A stretch of DNA of 20,000 nt from an uncultured virus (IMG/VR IMGVR_UViG_3300034375_008609) (Duplodnaviria > Heunggongvirae > Uroviricota > Caudoviricetes). Positions 15,835-20,000 of the stretch are shown one piece after another. The notes under the pieces were generated by a model. That model was not told the DNA's origin and made no database searches. It worked only from the letters and a program-made list of their open reading frames with translations. Positions within the stretch are counted from its first letter, which is position 1; each line of letters begins with the position of its first letter. The stretch lies in the IMG/VR virus record IMGVR_UViG_3300034375_008609. One strand, 5' to 3'. Position numbers and translations under genes: made by a program.

Positions 15835-16461
15835 TTATTGGAGCCTGCTTATTATGTTTAATAAGCTCTCTGCAATGTATTTTTGTGCCTTTGGATCGCC
15901 TTGAACTTCTCTACTTGTGAGAAATGCCTTATATCCACCTCTTTCATTCATGAGTTGTTCGTAAATTGGAGTTGGATATGCACCAGGGGCGCTGGGCTGA
16001 GCCACAACGTCCACAGTGATTATTTCAAAACCTTGGACATTACCTTGGTTATCAACTTCACCACTACCTCTCGATGAAACACCTAATTTTACTCCGCTTT
16101 CAAGCATTGTTTTAACTAGTTGTCCCATCGGAGTTGGTAAAATCTTCAACTTACCATAACCGTTTGGGCCATCCATCCACATATCTGTGATCATATGGCT
16201 TACACGATCTAAGTTAATATTAAGTCCTTCAGGATGATCGACTTCACCGCACACTGAGTATCCGTTAGCTATCTGCTCATTGAGCGTGGTGACAGCCCTG
16301 CCAATTTCTTCTACCGGATAGACACGCTTATTTGCGTTAAGAACTCCACCCTGGATAAAGATGCCTTTCATGTGCAAATCTTTACCGCCTGTATCGTTTT
16401 CAGCAGACTCAACGACCATTCTAGCTTGGTCAAAACTCAGACATTCAGTTAATCGAAACAT
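15835..16461 (-). CDS. gp21: Prohead protease (T4 gp21-like)
   Basis: GIFIQG...NANKRVYP, GEVDHP, INLDRVSH, ILPTPMG, LGVSSRGSG and DVVAQPSAPGAY are canonical gp21 motifs. Confidence 0.97.
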   Translation of the reverse strand: MFRLTECLSFDQARMVVESAENDTGGKDLHMKGIFIQGGVLNANKRVYPVEEIGRAVTTLNEQIANGYSVCGEVDHPEGLNINLDRVSHMITDMWMDGPNGYGKLKILPTPMGQLVKTMLESGVKLGVSSRGSGEVDNQGNVQGFEIITVDVVAQPSAPGAYPTPIYEQLMNERGGYKAFLTSREVQGDPKAQKYIAESLLNIISRLQ

Positions 16462-16478
16462 CTAAACTCCTTAACTTA

Positions 16479-17399
16479 TCAGCCACCCATTACAGGTTTT
16501 TTGTTGGCTGCTTCTCCAGCTTTCGCTGGGCTTTGCGACTTCATTGATTTTGAAGCCTTACCGCCTGGAGTGTTAACATTCCCTGCGCTATCTTCTTTTG
16601 GTGCTGCTGCGCCTGTTCCGCCTTTTTCATCAGCTGAACCTTGTGCGATATTTGCAGATGTTCCGCCCATATCGTTTTTACCTGCTACTGCTGATTTTGT
16701 GCCGTTTGTGCCAGTATCACCCATTTTTGGTGTGATTTTTTCTACATACTCACGCATTTGTTCGCTTGCTGTTTTTGCCTCTTTTGACTCTTCAACTTCT
16801 TCGTCAGCTGCTTCTTCAACTTCTTCGTCAGCTGCTTCTTCAACTTCTTCGTCATCTGCTTCGAATGCCATTGCTTCTTCTTCTGGCTCTTCGTCGCCTG
16901 GCTCTTCGTCGCCTGGCTCTTCGTCACCCATCATTTTTTCAAATTCTGCTTTTAATGCTTCTAGTGCATCTTCTAGATCAGCCATTGCTTCTTCTGGACC
17001 TTCGGCTTCTTCGTCGTCGTCGCCTTCGTCGTCCATGTCCATGTCGCCTTCGTCGCCACCTTCAATGTCACCTATCATGTCCATTGCTGGATCTGCTTCC
17101 ATTTCTGGCTCATCTAGTCCAAACATTTCGTCTAGATCGTCATCTTCTGACTCGTCAACTTCTTCATCAGTTGCTTCATCTAGATCGTCATCTTCTGACT
17201 CGTCTACTTCTTCGTCAGTTGCTTCATCTACTTCTTCATCTGTAGTCTCTTCAACTTCTTCGTCAGCTTCGTCTAAAATGTTTTGATAAATTTCTCTTGA
17301 TTTTTCTACAACGATTTCGTGGAATAGTGCTTCTGCGCCATCACGGTCCTCGTTAACTAGTTTTTCGAGCATTTCCTCGAATTTTGTTTGATCAGTCAT
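16479..17399 (-). CDS. Highly acidic prohead core/internal protein (306 aa; in the gp67/gp68 position)
   Basis: Start revised to the ATG at 17399 (MTDQTKFEEML), with AAGGAG SD at 17406-17411. D/E-rich low-complexity middle and G/K/A-rich tail; lies between portal and protease. Confidence 0.75.
   Translation of the reverse strand: MTDQTKFEEMLEKLVNEDRDGAEALFHEIVVEKSREIYQNILDEADEEVEETTDEEVDEATDEEVDESEDDDLDEATDEEVDESEDDDLDEMFGLDEPEMEADPAMDMIGDIEGGDEGDMDMDDEGDDDEEAEGPEEAMADLEDALEALKAEFEKMMGDEEPGDEEPGDEEPEEEAMAFEADDEEVEEAADEEVEEAADEEVEESKEAKTASEQMREYVEKITPKMGDTGTNGTKSAVAGKNDMGGTSANIAQGSADEKGGTGAAAPKEDSAGNVNTPGGKASKSMKSQSPAKAGEAANKKPVMGG
16786..17235. repeat. In-frame tandem DNA repeats within the acidic protein gene (boundaries approximate)
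   Basis: 24-nt unit (EEAADEEV) at about 16788-16855; 15-nt unit (GDEEP x3) at about 16885-16928; 48-nt unit (DEATDEEVDESEDDDL x2) with copies starting at 17131 and 17179. Confidence 0.85.
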
Positions 17400-17432
17400 G
17401 TCATTCTCCTTTATTGTCAAGGCTGTCAGTTA

Positions 17433-17440
17433 TATTTACA
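17433..17440 (-). promoter_or_regulatory. T4-type late promoter (TGTAAATA) for the core-protease-scaffold-capsid unit
   Basis: TAAATA core in the intergenic gap, downstream of a terminator-like hairpin. Confidence 0.65.
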
Positions 17441-17460
17441 CTTTATAGGAAAATATACGC

Positions 17461-17487
17461 AGAAATGGGCTCAAACGAGCCTATTTT
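17461..17487 (-). terminator. Probable terminator hairpin after the glycosyltransferase-like gene
   Basis: Minus strand AAATAGGCTC-GTTT-GAGCCCATTTCT: GC stem with a short U tract. Confidence 0.55.
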
Positions 17488-17495
17488 GTGCGCAC

Positions 17496-18257
17496 TTATG
17501 ATAATTTTAAAGATTTTTTAAATTTTTCTATAGTAATGTGTCTTAAATTATCGTGTCCTTCTAAACTTTTTGGAGTAAAAAATCCTTCTTCAGGAACTAC
17601 TCTTATATATCTAATTTTTGGATTTTTTTGAATTACACTTGCTGTTTGTCTTTCCCAATTTCCAAAATAAGTTGCTCTATCATTGATGTTTTTATAGTTT
17701 TCGGTGCCAGCATACATATTGTTTACCAATTCATTTCTAATACCTATGCCTTGATAGTCAAAACCAAGAATGTATATTTCTTTGGGTTTTTGTTGACTTG
17801 CAAAGTTCAATGCAGTAGGTCCACTGCTCCAACCAAGATTAGGTTGAAATAGGTTTATATTTTGCACACTTCTACTATACTTGTTAGGATTTGTCCATAC
17901 TGGATACTTGTGTTGATAACCGTTAGTTGATATTTCCCTAATCATTTTTGTATCAACTGCTACCAAATAATCAGGAATAAACTCTCTATACAAAGCATTA
18001 CAACCATAAATTGTGCCAAGCGGGCGTAGTTCTTCTAAAATTATGCCTTTTCTACTGGTTCCATTGCCTAATACAAAACAAGTGTCATTTTGTTTTATTT
18101 GATCACTAGGACCTGGGCTTATAGGTGGCGGAGGAGGTTTAGGTAATTCTCTTACCCGTGCATGAAGTTTAGCTGCTTGATTTATAGCTGCTTTCTCTTC
18201 TTTTTTTCTTGCTTTTCTTTGAGCTTTAGTTTCGCCAGGAATATATACTTTGGGCAA
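17496..18257 (-). CDS. CstII/Maf (DUF115)-like putative glycosyltransferase
   Basis: TTG start with an AGGAG SD overlapping the upstream stop. Motifs CFVLGNGTS, TIYGCNALY, PDYLVAVD, WSSGPTAL and KEIYILGFDY match the sialyltransferase CstII / Maf / MptE-like Rossmann pattern (GNGPS ... CN ... SG ... EIYL.G.D). Confidence 0.7.
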   Translation of the reverse strand: MPKVYIPGETKAQRKARKKEEKAAINQAAKLHARVRELPKPPPPPISPGPSDQIKQNDTCFVLGNGTSRKGIILEELRPLGTIYGCNALYREFIPDYLVAVDTKMIREISTNGYQHKYPVWTNPNKYSRSVQNINLFQPNLGWSSGPTALNFASQQKPKEIYILGFDYQGIGIRNELVNNMYAGTENYKNINDRATYFGNWERQTASVIQKNPKIRYIRVVPEEGFFTPKSLEGHDNLRHITIEKFKKSLKLS

Positions 18258-18267
18258 TAATTGACTC

Positions 18268-18519
18268 CTATGCTACTGCTTCTTCACCACCTTGAGCAGC
18301 TAGTCCATACATTGCCCTAACATATAGTAAGTCTTTTTCAGCTTCTCTTTTATGAGCATCGTCTGCCCTACGTGCCCTGTTTATATCTTTTAGCGTGAGT
18401 CTAGTTTTTCTTGTATCATCCATTGAAATTGGTGTTTCATCGTCGTCGGCGATGTATCTCTGGTCCTCTTTGGGTTCCATAGTCTGTTTATCAAAATAAT
18501 ATAACTCACGTAGTATCAT
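18268..18519 (-). CDS. Hypothetical head-module protein (83 aa)
   Basis: Fills the gap between portal and the GT-like gene. RKTRLTLKDINRARR helical motif; N-terminal MILREL. Confidence 0.75.
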   Translation of the reverse strand: MILRELYYFDKQTMEPKEDQRYIADDDETPISMDDTRKTRLTLKDINRARRADDAHKREAEKDLLYVRAMYGLAAQGGEEAVA

Positions 18520-18524
18520 AGTAT

Positions 18525-18532
18525 TATTTATG
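18525..18532 (-). promoter_or_regulatory. T4-type late promoter (CATAAATA) overlapping the portal stop codon
   Basis: GCA-TAA-ATA then ATACT-ATG; identical octamer to the one at 3423-3430. Confidence 0.55.
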
Positions 18533-20000
18533 CCTCTGTTGCAGTATCGTCTGCTCCTACCGCAGTTTCGTCACCTCCAGCTGCAATATCGTCAGTTTCT
18601 ACTTCATCTCCTGCTGTAGCTTCTAAATCATTATTGATGTCGCTTCCGGTGATACCTGCATCTCTTAATTGTGCTGCCGCATCAACATCACCTGCATTAA
18701 AGTATTCGTCGTTTTCTTCACGCCACAGTCTTTCGTTTTCTGCAATTTCCTCTTTGCTCAATCCTAAGAAACGTCCAAGAGCAAATCTATTGGAAATAAA
18801 CGGAATTTGTTGCATTTGTGCAAAAGTTGATATTCTGTTGTTATCAAGTTCAGCTTGTCTATAGCTTGCAAAGTTTTGCGGAGGTTGCAGTTTTAGATCA
18901 AACATAGCAACATCGACATTGATACCTTTCTTATTGAGATACAGTTTGAATTCATTGTTAAAAACATCAGTAATCATGCTTTGCAAGCGTTCGCAATAAT
19001 TGTTGAAACGCAATTCTTGAATATACGCTGTGCCCACTCTACCATCATTGTATTGGCTTGCACTGTCATCTGCGCCAGTTGGCAAGTAGCTCGAAGGAAT
19101 ACGCAAGCCACGTAGTAATTTGTTTGTAAAATACTTTAAATCGTCAATTTCTCCCAGATTTGTTCCGCCTGGTAGTGTTTCAACCTTACTGCCGCGGCCT
19201 TCAGCAGTTTGAGGAAAGAAGTAGTCTTCGTTAATTGATAGCGGGTTGTAACTGCTGTCTATGACTGTTTGGCCACCGCCTGTCTTGGATGGGATTCTTC
19301 TTTGATGAATTTCCGTTTTTACACGCTCCACAAACTGCATAGCAAGGTGTGATGGCATGTTGCCCACATCAACGTAGAATACTCTGCGCTCAGGCGCACG
19401 TTGGACACGATAGATAATAATCGCATCTTCAAGCAGTTCTTTTTGCTTGTATACTTTGAAAATACTTTCTAGCAAACTGTTGCCAAAAGGAAAGTTTTGG
19501 TCTAATCCTTCGCTCATTGACAAGTGAACCACATGTTGTGCATCAACTGCTGTTTCATTTGCTTCGTTGCCAAATCTACTGTTGTTGCTGTCAGGTGTTC
19601 TTCCTGTCATATATTTTTGATCAAGTGTTTGATAGCCAGCGCCGCCGCCTGGGCCATATGCTTGATTTGTGTTGATTTTTGTTGCACTCAGTGCTTCAAA
19701 GGCAATGTTAATGTCTTTGACAATATACTGTTCTGGACGTTTGCCTTGTGATTCGTTAACAATAATTTTAGTTACATTGGCTGGATCAACATGAAACCAC
19801 TTTTGTGTTTCTGGATCTCTAATAAAGAACTGATCGCCAAACTTAAACACGTTTCTAATAATTTTAAAGATACGCTTTTCAAATTCTTGTATCTTGCACC
19901 ACTGTTTAAGATACTGGCCAATTACTTGAACTTCAGTGTTGGTTGGTGCTTTGCTGAATACCAGTTTAAATGGAGTTTGATTTTCTTTGTTTTTCTGCGA
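18528..20000 (-). CDS. gp20: Portal protein (T4 gp20-like), 5'-truncated
   Basis: LLEDAIIIYRVQRAPERRVFYVDVGNMP, EDYFFPQTAEGRGSKVETLPGGTNLGEIDDLKYF and LRIPSSYL are gp20 motifs. The frame stays open from the track start (19850) to the window edge (SQKNKENQTPFKLVF...KRIFKIIRNVFKFGD). Confidence 0.97.
   Translation of the reverse strand, partial: SQKNKENQTPFKLVFSKAPTNTEVQVIGQYLKQWCKIQEFEKRIFKIIRNVFKFGDQFFIRDPETQKWFHVDPANVTKIIVNESQGKRPEQYIVKDINIAFEALSATKINTNQAYGPGGGAGYQTLDQKYMTGRTPDSNNSRFGNEANETAVDAQHVVHLSMSEGLDQNFPFGNSLLESIFKVYKQKELLEDAIIIYRVQRAPERRVFYVDVGNMPSHLAMQFVERVKTEIHQRRIPSKTGGGQTVIDSSYNPLSINEDYFFPQTAEGRGSKVETLPGGTNLGEIDDLKYFTNKLLRGLRIPSSYLPTGADDSASQYNDGRVGTAYIQELRFNNYCERLQSMITDVFNNEFKLYLNKKGINVDVAMFDLKLQPPQNFASYRQAELDNNRISTFAQMQQIPFISNRFALGRFLGLSKEEIAENERLWREENDEYFNAGDVDAAAQLRDAGITGSDINNDLEATAGDEVETDDIAAGGDETAVGADDTATEA

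Noticed and set aside
16786..17235. Repeats as a CRISPR array
   Set aside because: Units are contiguous multiples of 3 within a CDS, with no unique spacers.
16501..17286. 261-aa Ser-rich plus-strand ORF and overlapping 159-aa and 61-aa ORFs
   Set aside because: Shadow frames of the low-complexity D/E-coding repeats; no independent coding signal.
19848..19850. Track start of the portal gene
   Set aside because: The frame is open to the window edge and the gp20 N-terminus is missing, so the true start lies outside the window.
1..20000. Stop-codon reassignment, as seen in some large phages
   Set aside because: Genes, including a 2620-aa one, are intact in the standard code, and TAA, TGA (16479) and TAG (18268) all appear as stops at sensible gene boundaries.

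Overview
Late (structural) gene region of a large T4-like myovirus, probably a jumbo or aquatic phage. All real genes are on the minus strand. In transcription order they are: portal gp20 (5'-truncated), an 83-aa protein, a CstII/Maf(DUF115)-like glycosyltransferase, a very acidic prohead-core-like protein, prohead protease gp21, scaffold gp22, major capsid gp23, a terminator, a cold-shock-like mini protein, three smaller virion-type proteins, a 2620-aa virion protein, and a second paralogous giant protein (start 3348, running off the left edge and missing from the ORF track). T4-type late promoter motifs (TAAATA) and strong Shine-Dalgarno sites punctuate the region. The most striking observation is that the two giant proteins carry 13 copies (10 + 3) of a helical domain with a Y-[DN]-x-x-x-C-x-R-D core. 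By eye this domain aligns with the globin-fold phycobiliproteins, including the bilin-attachment Cys and the R-D pair, which suggests possibly pigment-binding virion appendages. Other notable items are structured 5' leaders, a candidate leaderless late mRNA and a glycosyltransferase inside the head module. All homology calls are from motif recognition by eye; no searches were run.
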